Shown: piece after piece, positions 29,396 through 38,406 of the stretch
Numbering within the stretch: the first letter of the stretch is position 1
Layout: the number at the start of each line of letters is the position of its first letter
DNA from: an uncultured Bacilli bacterium
Lineage (GTDB): Bacteria; Bacillota_I; Bacilli_A; RF39; UBA660
Direction: 5' to 3'
Length of the DNA: 64,000 bases
Assembly: GCA_947632595.1 (NCBI GenBank)
Contig: CANRPY010000003.1
Coordinates: forward strand, 12,532-76,531
Translations under genes and position numbers: made by a program
Notes under the pieces: model-generated
What the model saw: only the letters and a program-made list of their open reading frames with translations
Told to the model about the DNA's origin: nothing
The model's database searches: none

Positions 29396-31247
29396 ACTCC
29401 TTTTTTAAGTATACAGATAAAATGGAAATATCTGATGGGTTTACTCCACTAATTCTTATTGCTTGTGCTATGGTTGTTGGTCTTACTTCTTTTAATTTTT
29501 GTCTTGCTTCACTCGCAATATTTCTTACTTTATCATAGTCTATGTTATCTGGAATTTGTTTTTTTTCTAATTTTAGTAGTTTTTCTGCTTCTTTATAGGC
29601 TTTTGCAATATATCCTTCATATTTTAAATTGATTTCTACTTGTTCTTTGATTTCTTTTTTATATGGAATTTCGATAAAGTTTTCTATCCATTTCATTGTT
29701 ATTTCTGGTCTTCTTAATAGTTGTTCATAAGTCATAGTTGCATTTGGTACTTGAAAACCTTCTTTTTGGAACGTTTCTTCTACTTCTTTTGTTATTTTTA
29801 ATTTGTTTTCTCTTAAGTATGCATGTAATTGTTGTATTTTTTCTTCTTTTTCTTGTAGTCGATTGTATTGTTCTTGATCAATGAGTCCTACTTCATATCC
29901 ATATTTTCTTAGTCTTTGATCGGCATTATCACTTCGTAATAAGAGGCGAAATTCTGCTCGTGATGTTAGTAAACGATAAGGATCTCTAATTCCTTTTGTA
30001 ATTAAGTCATCAATTAAGACTCCAATATAGGCTTCGTTTCTTTTTAAGACAAGAGGGTCTTTCCCTTCTAATTTCAAGGATGCATTGATTCCTGCCATTA
30101 ATCCTTGGCAAGCTGCTTCTTCATAACCACTTGTTCCATTAATTTGTCCAGCAGTAAAGAGATTTTCTAGTATTTTGGTCTCTAAATTGTTCTTTAACTG
30201 TGTTGGATAAATAGCATCATACTCAATGGCATATCCATATTTTAAGATTTTCGCATGTTCAAAACCAGGTAGAGAATGGACCATTTTTTCTTGCACTTCT
30301 TTTGGCATAGAAGTAGAAAAACCTTGTAAGTACATATCATCATAGTATCTACTTTCTGGTTCAATAAATAATTGATGTCTTTCTTTATCTGAAAAGCGAA
30401 CTACTTTATCTTCTATAGATGGACAATATCTTGGCCCGATTCCTTCAATATCATCTAAAGCGCCATACATGGAAGATTTTTCTAGATTCTCGCGAATAAT
30501 TCGATGAGTTTCTTCTGTTGTATAGGTTAAATGACATGGAATTTGATCTTCTATTTTATATTGTGGTTCTAAGTCGAAACTAAAGGTTAGGTATTCATTA
30601 TCTCCTGGTTCTACTCTTGTTTTGGAAAAATCAATGGTTTTTCTATCTATTCTTTGAGGAGTGCCTGTTTTTAAACGTATGATTTGAAAACCGTATTCTC
30701 TTAATTTATCACTTAGAAAATTAGATGGTCTTTCTCCATGTGGTCCTTGTCTTGTTCTTGTATTTCCTACTAAGATATCTGCTTTTAGATAGGTTCCTGT
30801 TGTTAAAATGACTATCTTTGACTCTATCTTTTCTCCATTTTCTAGGATAACTCCTTTTACTTGTCCTTCTTCTACGATTAAGTCTTCTACCATTGCTTCT
30901 TTTATTTCTAGGTGTTTTTGTTCTTGCAATGTTTTTAACATCTCTTTTGGATACGTGATTTTATCTCCTTGTGCTCTTAGGGATTGTACAGCAGGTCCTT
31001 TTGCCTTATTTAACATTTTTATTTGTAGATGGGTTTTATCGGCTATTTTTCCCATAATTCCACCTAAGGCATCGATTTCTCTTACTACAATTCCTTTTGC
31101 ACTACCTCCTATATGAGGATTACATGGCATATCTGCTATATTTTTTAAATTACTGGTAATAAGTAGTGTTTTATGATTTTTTTTGGCACTGGCATAGGCT
31201 GCTTCACATCCTGCGTGTCCTCCTCCTACTACTATAATTTCATACAT
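29379..31247 (-). CDS. mnmG: tRNA uridine 5-carboxymethylaminomethyl modification enzyme
   Basis: VVGGGHAGCEAA, MPCNP, RLKTGTP, GPRYCPSIEDK, AGQINGTSGYEEAA; start ATG 31247. Confidence 0.98.
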   Translation of the reverse strand: MYEIIVVGGGHAGCEAAYASAKKNHKTLLITSNLKNIADMPCNPHIGGSAKGIVVREIDALGGIMGKIADKTHLQIKMLNKAKGPAVQSLRAQGDKITYPKEMLKTLQEQKHLEIKEAMVEDLIVEEGQVKGVILENGEKIESKIVILTTGTYLKADILVGNTRTRQGPHGERPSNFLSDKLREYGFQIIRLKTGTPQRIDRKTIDFSKTRVEPGDNEYLTFSFDLEPQYKIEDQIPCHLTYTTEETHRIIRENLEKSSMYGALDDIEGIGPRYCPSIEDKVVRFSDKERHQLFIEPESRYYDDMYLQGFSTSMPKEVQEKMVHSLPGFEHAKILKYGYAIEYDAIYPTQLKNNLETKILENLFTAGQINGTSGYEEAACQGLMAGINASLKLEGKDPLVLKRNEAYIGVLIDDLITKGIRDPYRLLTSRAEFRLLLRSDNADQRLRKYGYEVGLIDQEQYNRLQEKEEKIQQLHAYLRENKLKITKEVEETFQKEGFQVPNATMTYEQLLRRPEITMKWIENFIEIPYKKEIKEQVEINLKYEGYIAKAYKEAEKLLKLEKKQIPDNIDYDKVRNIASEARQKLKEVRPTTIAQAIRISGVNPSDISILSVYLKKEYGKNE

Positions 31248-31260
31248 GGTTTCACCCTCT

Positions 31261-32622
31261 TTATTTTCCAAGGCAAAATCTAGAGAACATTTCATCTAAT
31301 AATTCTTCTTCATATGTTGTTCCATTAATTGTTCCTAGTTCTTCCCAGATGTTTTTAATATCCATCTCTATCATATCAATTGGCATTTCTTCTTGTAGGG
31401 ATTTTTCAATATCCTCTACTCTTTGTAAACATCTTTTCAATATACTGATGCTTCTAGAGTTGCTTAAATAAGTTGGATCTTTTGTCTCAATTTCTTGCAT
31501 ATGAAAGTAATCCTCTATTTTTTCTTTTAAGGTTTCTATTCCTTTTTGCTCTTTCATACTCATTTCAATTACTCTTGATGAATCTACTTCTAATTTTGTA
31601 CGATCTAATTTTGCCTCTAGATCTATTTTATTAATAATTACAATATATTTTTTCTCTTTGATTTTATCAAATAATTCTTTATCTTCTTCTGTTAATGGTT
31701 CATTGTTATTTAGTAAGAATAATATTAAATCTGCTTCTTCGATTGCTTTGATACTCTTCTCTACTCCGATTGCTTCGATTTTGTCTTCTGTCTCTCTGAT
31801 TCCTGCAGTATCAATCATATTTAATAAGATTCCATTTATCATGACTTGTCCTTCTACTATGTCTCTTGTTGTTCCCGCAATCTCTGTTACAATGGCTTTT
31901 TCTTCTTGTAAAAGGGTATTTAAAAGAGAACTTTTCCCTACATTTGGTCTACCGATAATTGCTGTTTTAATTCCTTCTTTGATGATTTTGCCATTTTCAG
32001 ACTCTTTTAGAATCTTTTTTATTTTTTCTTTTAATTTTGTAATTTTTGGAATTAAAACATCGTTGGTCATTATTTCTACATCATCATATTCTGGATAATC
32101 TATATTTACATTGATATTAGAAATAATTTGTACCATATCACTTCTTAATTCATTGATTAAATTAGAGGTTTTTCCATCTATTTGATTGGCTGCCATTTTT
32201 CTTTGAATTTCTGTTTTGGCATCAATCATATCCATCACTGCTTCTGCTTCTAATAAGTCAATTCTACCATTTAAGAAAGCTCTTTTCGTGAATTCTCCTG
32301 GTTCTGCCATACGGCAACCATTTTCTAATAACAATTCTAATACTTTATTGGTTGGAGCGATTCCTCCATGTGTATTTATTTCTACTACATCTTCTGTTGT
32401 GAACGTTTTTGGGGATTTCATTACTGATACTAGTACTTCATCGATTCTTTCTTCTTGATCTACAATATGACCATAATGAATGGTATGAGTTTCTACTTTT
32501 TCTAAGTCTTTTCCTTGAAAGATCTTATTTACAATCGCAATTGCTTCTTCTCCACTTACACGGATAATGGAAATTGCCCCTACTCCTTGACTTGTTGCAA
32601 TCGCACATATTGTATCATTCAC
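31261..32622 (-). CDS. mnmE: tRNA modification GTPase MnmE
   Basis: DTICAIAT, GRPNVGKSS, GTTRD, DTAG, NKID, FSRFCLGK; GTG start. Confidence 0.98.
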   Translation of the reverse strand: MNDTICAIATSQGVGAISIIRVSGEEAIAIVNKIFQGKDLEKVETHTIHYGHIVDQEERIDEVLVSVMKSPKTFTTEDVVEINTHGGIAPTNKVLELLLENGCRMAEPGEFTKRAFLNGRIDLLEAEAVMDMIDAKTEIQRKMAANQIDGKTSNLINELRSDMVQIISNINVNIDYPEYDDVEIMTNDVLIPKITKLKEKIKKILKESENGKIIKEGIKTAIIGRPNVGKSSLLNTLLQEEKAIVTEIAGTTRDIVEGQVMINGILLNMIDTAGIRETEDKIEAIGVEKSIKAIEEADLILFLLNNNEPLTEEDKELFDKIKEKKYIVIINKIDLEAKLDRTKLEVDSSRVIEMSMKEQKGIETLKEKIEDYFHMQEIETKDPTYLSNSRSISILKRCLQRVEDIEKSLQEEMPIDMIEMDIKNIWEELGTINGTTYEEELLDEMFSRFCLGK

Positions 32623-32690
32623 GGTATCCCTCCTTTTTCCTGGTAGTATTATAGCACATATCTTTTTTTTACGATATAAAAAAAGAAGAT

Positions 32691-33308
32691 TTATTCTTCT
32701 TCTTTTGGTTTTATTACTACGTAGCGGTTTGGTTCTTCTCCTTCACTTTCTGTATAAACTCCTTTAAAATTCGTTAATACATTGTGAATAATTCTTCTTT
32801 CATAGGAATTCATAGAATCTAATTTTGCCTCTACTTTTGATGTTCTTACTTCTCTTGCAATTCTCTTTGCTAAATGTTCTAATGATTTTTCTCTTTTTTC
32901 TTTATATTCATTTACATCTAACATGAATTTATAATTTCTACCAAGTACTTTACTTAAATGTCCACTTACAATCATCGTTAATGCTTTTAGATTTTTTCCA
33001 TTTTTGCCAATTAATAGTGCGTCGTTATCTGAATAAATAATGTATTTTGGGACTTCTTCTTTATTTTTTACTTCAATATTTACGCTTAGTCCCATATTTT
33101 TTAGGATTTGCATTAAGTAATCTTTAATATATTTGATAACTTCTCTTTTTTCGATTACTTCGATTTCTACCTTTTTACTCTTAAATAAACCACCTTTTGA
33201 TTCCCCTAATTCTTTAATGAATAAGTTTTCTTCTACTTCTTGTAATTCTTCTTTTGCTTTTTGAATCGCTTCTTCTTTGGTTTTTCCAAAATAACTATGC
33301 TTTTCCAT
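32691..33308 (-). CDS. jag: Jag/KhpB (EloR) RNA-binding protein
   Basis: Jag N-terminal domain, KH LIGKNGKNL, R3H MNSYERRIIH, SEGEEPNRYVVI. Confidence 0.93.
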   Translation of the reverse strand: MEKHSYFGKTKEEAIQKAKEELQEVEENLFIKELGESKGGLFKSKKVEIEVIEKREVIKYIKDYLMQILKNMGLSVNIEVKNKEEVPKYIIYSDNDALLIGKNGKNLKALTMIVSGHLSKVLGRNYKFMLDVNEYKEKREKSLEHLAKRIAREVRTSKVEAKLDSMNSYERRIIHNVLTNFKGVYTESEGEEPNRYVVIKPKEEE

Positions 33309-34224
33309 TTACTTCTTTACTCCTTTTCACTAATATATTTTGAACTATGGTGAACAAATTAGATGTTACCCAGTAGATTCCTAATCCTGTTGGCATAAAT
33401 AATGCTGTAATAATAATCATTCCTGACATCATCATTGGCATCATTTTCATGGTTGGATCTTCCATATTACCAGTGGAATTCATTTTAAATGAGAAGTATG
33501 TTGTTGCGGCAATGATTAACATTAATAGGATATAAGCATAAAAGGTTACACTTCCAATTCCTACTGATGGTGTTGTTCCTAGTTGTAGTCCTAAGAATTT
33601 ATCTTCGAAGATTACAGGTGTTCTTTGAACTGCTTCGAAGAATGCTACAAAGATTGGTAATTGAATGAATGCAAATAAGCATCCAGATAATGGACTAATA
33701 TGATATTTTTGATAAACCGCTAAGATTTCTTGATTTTGTTTCATCATGGATTCTTGATCTTGCTTTCCTTCATATTTCTTTTGAATTCTATTTAACTCAG
33801 GTTGTGCTTTTTTAATGATTTCAGATTGCATTGCTGTTTTTTTCGTTATTGGGAAAGCGATTAATCGAATGATTAAACTAATTAAAATAACCGAAATACC
33901 ATAATTTTTTACTAAATTTCCTAATTTTAGAAGGATGTAGGCTAATGGTTTTACAAAGATGCTTGTCCATAACCCTTCATATTTTCCTGATGTAATTTTA
34001 AATTTACTACATTCTGGAAGAGATTCTATTTTTACTCCATTTTTTTCATAGATTGATAATGTATCTTTATTTGTTGGTCTACAAATAATATTTTGTGTTA
34101 ATGTCTGACCTGTCTTTTGGTTTTTTACAACCTTATTATTACTATCCGTTAATGTTTTTGTACATCCTGTTGAAAGTATTAATAATATTAGGATAATAAT
34201 TACTTTCCATTTTTTATTTTTCAT
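33295..34224 (-). CDS. yidC: Membrane protein insertase YidC/SpoIIIJ (lipoprotein)
   Basis: Lipobox LSTGC, NYGISVI, QPEL..IQKKY, GCLFAFIQLPIF, GLGIYWVTSN. Confidence 0.95.
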   Translation of the reverse strand: MKNKKWKVIIILILLILSTGCTKTLTDSNNKVVKNQKTGQTLTQNIICRPTNKDTLSIYEKNGVKIESLPECSKFKITSGKYEGLWTSIFVKPLAYILLKLGNLVKNYGISVILISLIIRLIAFPITKKTAMQSEIIKKAQPELNRIQKKYEGKQDQESMMKQNQEILAVYQKYHISPLSGCLFAFIQLPIFVAFFEAVQRTPVIFEDKFLGLQLGTTPSVGIGSVTFYAYILLMLIIAATTYFSFKMNSTGNMEDPTMKMMPMMMSGMIIITALFMPTGLGIYWVTSNLFTIVQNILVKRSKEVNGKA

Positions 34225-34561
34225 AATGTTCCTTTCTGTTGCTACTATTGAAAAGCTCTATCCAGTCTTTTTCTAATTCTTGATAGTTTTTTTCTAGTGC
34301 CCCTTTCCTTAATATTATAATATAATCTGTTCCATTAATATAGTCTTTTTTATTATTATCAATCATACTGCGAATTCTTCTTTTATATTTATTACGAAAA
34401 ACTGCATTTCCAAGCTTTTTACTTACAGAGATTCCATAACGATTATATGGTAATTTGTTTTCTTGTTGATAAACGACAAAACTACGATTTTTAAGACATC
34501 TTCCCCTACTCATTATTTTTTCAAAATCCTGAGTATTTTTTACGATATATAGTTTTCTCAT
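34214..34561 (-). CDS. rnpA: Ribonuclease P protein component
   Basis: RYGISVSKKLGNAVFRNKYKRRIR. Confidence 0.96.
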   Translation of the reverse strand: MRKLYIVKNTQDFEKIMSRGRCLKNRSFVVYQQENKLPYNRYGISVSKKLGNAVFRNKYKRRIRSMIDNNKKDYINGTDYIIILRKGALEKNYQELEKDWIELFNSSNRKEHYEK

Positions 34562-34583
34562 AAAAATCACTACCCTTTTAAGT

Positions 34584-34613
34584 AAAAAACCACTGTTTTA
34601 GCAGCGGTGTTTT
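34584..34613 (-). terminator. Terminator-like hairpin after rpmH
   Basis: - strand ACCGCTGC-TAAA-ACAGTGGT followed by TTTTT. Confidence 0.6.
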
Positions 34614-34734
34614 ATTTGCATAAACTTTTACGTCCTTTGCGACGACGACGATTTAATACATTTGTTTTTTTACGTGCAAAAAATCCTAGTCTTTTTGATT
34701 TTTTACGATTATTTGGTTGATATGTTCTTTTCAT
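34612..34734 (-). CDS. rpmH: 50S ribosomal protein L34 (40 aa)
   Basis: MKRTYQPNNRKKSK..GF..R...VLNRRRRKGRK; GGAGGTG RBS; divergent from dnaA. Confidence 0.95.
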   Translation of the reverse strand: MKRTYQPNNRKKSKRLGFFARKKTNVLNRRRRKGRKSLCK

Positions 34735-34814
34735 TGCTTCCACCTCCCGACATAAATCTACATTATTATAATAATAGATTCCTTGTTTTGTCAAATAAAA
34801 CTTTTCTAATTTTC

Positions 34815-34995
34815 TTTTTTCCACTAATCCACAGGTATGTGGAAAACAGTTATCCACCCTGTTTATTGAAAATTTGTGGAAAATGTGGATAACTTTCTTA
34901 TTCTCTTAATTTATCCCCAAAAAAATTGTGGATAACTTTGTGGATAAACGGTGGAAAAAACTTTTTCCATAAAAATTGTTTATTTTTTCAACAAA
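34815..34995. other. oriC part 1: DnaA-box cluster in the rpmH-dnaA intergenic region
   Basis: Perfect TGTGGATAA at 34884-34892, 34927-34935 and 34939-34947; near-perfect boxes at 34825-34833, 34838-34846, 34850-34858, 34875-34883, 34911-34919. Confidence 0.93.
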
Positions 34996-35044
34996 TTAAT
35001 GTAGAATAAAACGTGATTAATGAATCTTGTGGGGAGATGGTAAT

Positions 35045-36448
35045 TTGAATGTAGATATCGTATGGTCAAAATTACTAAGTAATCTTAAAGATAAGCTTAC
35101 ATCTCTGTCCTATAATACTTGGTTCTGTGAAACGGAATTATATCAATTGATTGATGGAAAAGCAATTATCATTGTTCCTATGCCTATTCATAAAAGACAT
35201 TTATCTGAGAATTATTCTGATATGATTTCTAACTTATTATATGAAATAACTAATGAAAATTATGATTTAATCTTTACTTTAAAAGAGGAAATCGAAGAGG
35301 AAAAAAAGAAAGAATTAGAAGAAATCGAGAGAAAGAAAGAGAGTGAACTTAGCGTTGATTCTGTTGATATAGAACGAAAAAATACAAAAATCTCTTCTAA
35401 TTTGAACCAAAATTATACTTTTGATAACTTTATTGTTGGAAATTCCAATCGTTTTGCACATGCTGCTGCATTATCTGTTGCGGAAAATCCTGGTAAAATC
35501 TATAATCCTTTATTTTTATATGGAAATAGTGGAGTAGGGAAGACGCATTTGATGCACGCAATTGGAAATTTTATCCAAGAAAACTCCAATAAACGTGTTT
35601 TATATGTCACCAGTGAACAGTTTATTGATGAATTTGTTAAAACAAATCGGAAGGACGAGGGAGGAACAAACTTCAATTATGTTGAGTTTTTTAAAGATAA
35701 ATACCGAAATATCGATGTCTTAATTATTGATGATATTCAATATTTAGGAGGTGCTCAACAATCTCAACAAGAATTTTTCCACACTTTTAATAATTTATTT
35801 AATGATAGTAAACAAATTATTGTATCTTCTGATCGTAGTCCTGATGACTTAAAACTATTAGAAGAGCGTTTAATTACAAGGTTTAGTTGGGGATTACGAG
35901 TAAATATTTCTCCTCCTGATTACAATTTAAGACGAGATATTCTTAAAAAGAAAATTATTGCGAATAACTTTGAAAAAGATATTCCTGATGATGTAGTAGA
36001 GTATATTGCTTCTAATATAGGTCCTGATGTAAGGCATTTAGAGGGCGCTATTACAAGATTGGTTGCTTATTCCACAATTATGGGTGGAGAAAAAATAACT
36101 TTAGATCTTGCTATAGAAGCATTAAAGGACTTTAATACTAAAGGAGTAGGGGAAAAGAATGATGTTCATCGTATTCAAAAAATTGTATCTGAATACTTTC
36201 AGATTTCCGTAGAAGATATTCGAAGTAAGAAAAGAAGTTCTAATATCTCATTTCCAAGACAGATTGCTATGTACCTCTGTAGGGATTTAACAAATGAGTC
36301 TTTTCCTAAGATAGGCATTGAATTTGGTGGAAAAGATCATTCTACTGTCATGCATTCCGTAGAAAAGATAGAAAAAGAGATTCGTGAAAATAAAGATTTG
36401 GCTAATATTATTGAAAAATTAAAGAAAGATATCGGGATTGTGCAATAA
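35045..36448 (+). CDS. dnaA: Chromosomal replication initiator DnaA
   Basis: SYNTWF, YTFDNFIVGNSN, YNPLFLYGNSGVGKTHL, IDDIQ, RQIAMYL, GGKDHSTV; likely TTG start at 35045 after GGGGAG. Confidence 0.98.
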   Translation: MNVDIVWSKLLSNLKDKLTSLSYNTWFCETELYQLIDGKAIIIVPMPIHKRHLSENYSDMISNLLYEITNENYDLIFTLKEEIEEEKKKELEEIERKKESELSVDSVDIERKNTKISSNLNQNYTFDNFIVGNSNRFAHAAALSVAENPGKIYNPLFLYGNSGVGKTHLMHAIGNFIQENSNKRVLYVTSEQFIDEFVKTNRKDEGGTNFNYVEFFKDKYRNIDVLIIDDIQYLGGAQQSQQEFFHTFNNLFNDSKQIIVSSDRSPDDLKLLEERLITRFSWGLRVNISPPDYNLRRDILKKKIIANNFEKDIPDDVVEYIASNIGPDVRHLEGAITRLVAYSTIMGGEKITLDLAIEALKDFNTKGVGEKNDVHRIQKIVSEYFQISVEDIRSKKRSSNISFPRQIAMYLCRDLTNESFPKIGIEFGGKDHSTVMHSVEKIEKEIRENKDLANIIEKLKKDIGIVQ

Positions 36449-36560
36449 TTTGAATTATTAACAAATTATCCACAAGTTAAATATTCATTTATGCTTACCA
36501 TTTATAAGAAAAAATGACATTTTTAACAATTTCCACAGTAATAATAAAAATAATTTTAAA
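36449..36560. other. oriC part 2: dnaA-dnaN intergenic DnaA boxes and putative unwinding region
   Basis: Perfect TTATCCACA 36466-36474; weak boxes at 36455, 36520 and 36529-36537, followed by GTA-ATA-ATA-AAA-ATA (DnaA-trio-like) and an AT-rich stretch. Confidence 0.8.
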
Positions 36561-36577
36561 GAAAGAAGGAATATAAT

Positions 36578-37705
36578 ATGAAATTTACGATTAAGAAGGA
36601 TTTATTACTTGATGCCTTAATAAAAGTATCTAAGGCAATCTCTACTAAGAATTTAATTCCAGTACTTGGAGGAATTAAATTTGATTTAAAAAAGAAAAAA
36701 TTGGTTTTAACTGCTAGTGATAATGATATTACGATTCAAACTGTTATAGAAAGTAATTCAGATGATGAATTTAAGATTGATAGTGAAGGTAGTATTATAA
36801 TATCTGGAAAGTATATTTTAGATATTGTTAGAAAATTACCTGATGAATATATTAATATAGAAGTTATAGATGAGTTAAAGATTTTGATTTATACAGAAAA
36901 TAGAGAATTTAATTTAAATGGTATTAGTGAATCTGAATATCCTAATATTGGTCTTGAAGAAAGTAAAAAGAAAATTGATTTAAAAGCAGGTACTTTAAAA
37001 GCTATTGTTAATCAAACTGCTTTTGCTACTTCTAATGAGGAAAGTAAACCTATTCTTACTGGTATTAACTTTAATATAGTAGGGGATATGTTAGAATGTA
37101 ATGCTACAGATTCTTATCGTTTAGCTAGAAAGATTGTTAAATTAGATAAAGTTAGTGATGAAAATTATAATATTGTTATTCCTAGTCATAATCTTTTAGA
37201 ATTTGTTAAGATTTTAGGAGATGATGAAGAAGTTGTTGAATTACATATCTTTAGTAATAAGATTTTATTTAAAAATGGTAATTTAAAATTCGAATCTCGT
37301 TTAATTAATGGTGCTTATCCTAATACTTCTAATTTATTACCAGATGATTCTATGCTTGTTGTTAGTACTAATTTAAATGATTTCTATAACGTTATTGATC
37401 GTGTTAGTATTTTAACTAGTGATAAAGAGAAAAATATTGTTACTTTAGAAACGAATGGTAATACTTTAATTTTAAAGAGTAGTTCTGTTGAGATTGGTAG
37501 AGTAGAGGAGAAAATGAATATTGTTAAGAATAATGATGAAGATATTAAAATCTCCTTTAGTGCTAAATATATGATGGATGCTTTAAAAAGTTTTTCCACA
37601 GAATCTGTTGATTTACATTTTGTAGGAGAAATTAAACCAATTTTAATTAAATCTACAGAAGATGAGAGTTTAACTCAATTAGTTTTACCAATTCGTACTT
37701 ATTAA
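36578..37705 (+). CDS. dnaN: DNA polymerase III beta sliding clamp
   Basis: MKFTI, PILTGINF, ATDSYRLA, SRLINGAYP, QLVLPIRTY. Confidence 0.98.
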   Translation: MKFTIKKDLLLDALIKVSKAISTKNLIPVLGGIKFDLKKKKLVLTASDNDITIQTVIESNSDDEFKIDSEGSIIISGKYILDIVRKLPDEYINIEVIDELKILIYTENREFNLNGISESEYPNIGLEESKKKIDLKAGTLKAIVNQTAFATSNEESKPILTGINFNIVGDMLECNATDSYRLARKIVKLDKVSDENYNIVIPSHNLLEFVKILGDDEEVVELHIFSNKILFKNGNLKFESRLINGAYPNTSNLLPDDSMLVVSTNLNDFYNVIDRVSILTSDKEKNIVTLETNGNTLILKSSSVEIGRVEEKMNIVKNNDEDIKISFSAKYMMDALKSFSTESVDLHFVGEIKPILIKSTEDESLTQLVLPIRTY

Positions 37706-37738
37706 AAAGAGAAATCAAAAGAATTTCTCTTTTTTTTT
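37704..37738 (+). terminator. Intrinsic terminator after dnaN
   Basis: AAAAAGAGAAAT-loop-ATTTCTCTTTTT plus T-run. Confidence 0.75.
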
Positions 37739-37748
37739 GCAATAAATC

Positions 37749-37781
37749 TTATTTATCGACAAAAATAGATTATTTTCGACA
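37749..37781. promoter_or_regulatory. Tandem Spo0A-box-like sites upstream of comK
   Basis: TTCGACA at 37775-37781 (perfect reverse complement of TGNCGAA) and ATCGACA at 37755-37761 (1 mismatch), 20 bp apart. Confidence 0.5.
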
Positions 37782-37841
37782 TTTTTGTTTGTTATTTTAG
37801 TAGGCAAGAACTTTTTATTAGGTTCTGAAGGGGGATTTTTT

Positions 37842-38294
37842 ATGATTCATAAATATGAATTTAGTAAAGGAACTTTAGCAATTGTTCCAAATGATGAAGA
37901 AACTAGTTTAGTTTTAGAAGATAAGGAGAGGTATATTGTTCAAGAAAAGCCATTTCGTATTATGGAAGATAGTTGTCATTACTTTGGAAGTAGTTATGAA
38001 GGAAGAAAAGAGGGAGCTAAGGCTATTTTAGGTGCTGAATATAAAGTACCAATTGTTGTTGAGGATTCTTCTAATTTGATTGCTTTTCCAACGACATCGC
38101 CATATGCTGATGATTGTGCTTGGATTTCTTTAAAAAGAGTCTTCAATATTTATAAGATTGATAACTATCACACGAAAATTGTGTTTGATAATCAAGAAGA
38201 AATCATTGTTCCATGTTCCTTTCGATCTGTTGAAAATCAACTATCGAGAGCTTCTCGTTTAGATTTAGTTTTACAAAACCGAAAAAATAGTTAA
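37842..38294 (+). CDS. comK: Competence transcription factor ComK family protein
   Basis: YE....TLAIVP, KPFRIMEDSCHYFGSSYEGRKEG, YKVPI, FPTTSP...CAWIS, SFRSVENQ match recalled ComK hallmarks; ATG 37842 after AAGGGGG. Confidence 0.85.
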   Translation: MIHKYEFSKGTLAIVPNDEETSLVLEDKERYIVQEKPFRIMEDSCHYFGSSYEGRKEGAKAILGAEYKVPIVVEDSSNLIAFPTTSPYADDCAWISLKRVFNIYKIDNYHTKIVFDNQEEIIVPCSFRSVENQLSRASRLDLVLQNRKNS

Positions 38295-38406
38295 AAAACT
38301 ATTTTTTTCGTGCTTTAAAAGCTCATATATGGTATAATATTACTGTATGTATAGGAATACCACATTAGGGGATAGGTGAGAGTATGTGTCTTTTAATCGG
38401 GTTTAA

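Noticed and set aside
38280-38310. AAAA-N5-TTTT ComK-box-like match after comK
   Set aside because: Single half-site within an A/T-rich hairpin; expected by chance at this AT content.
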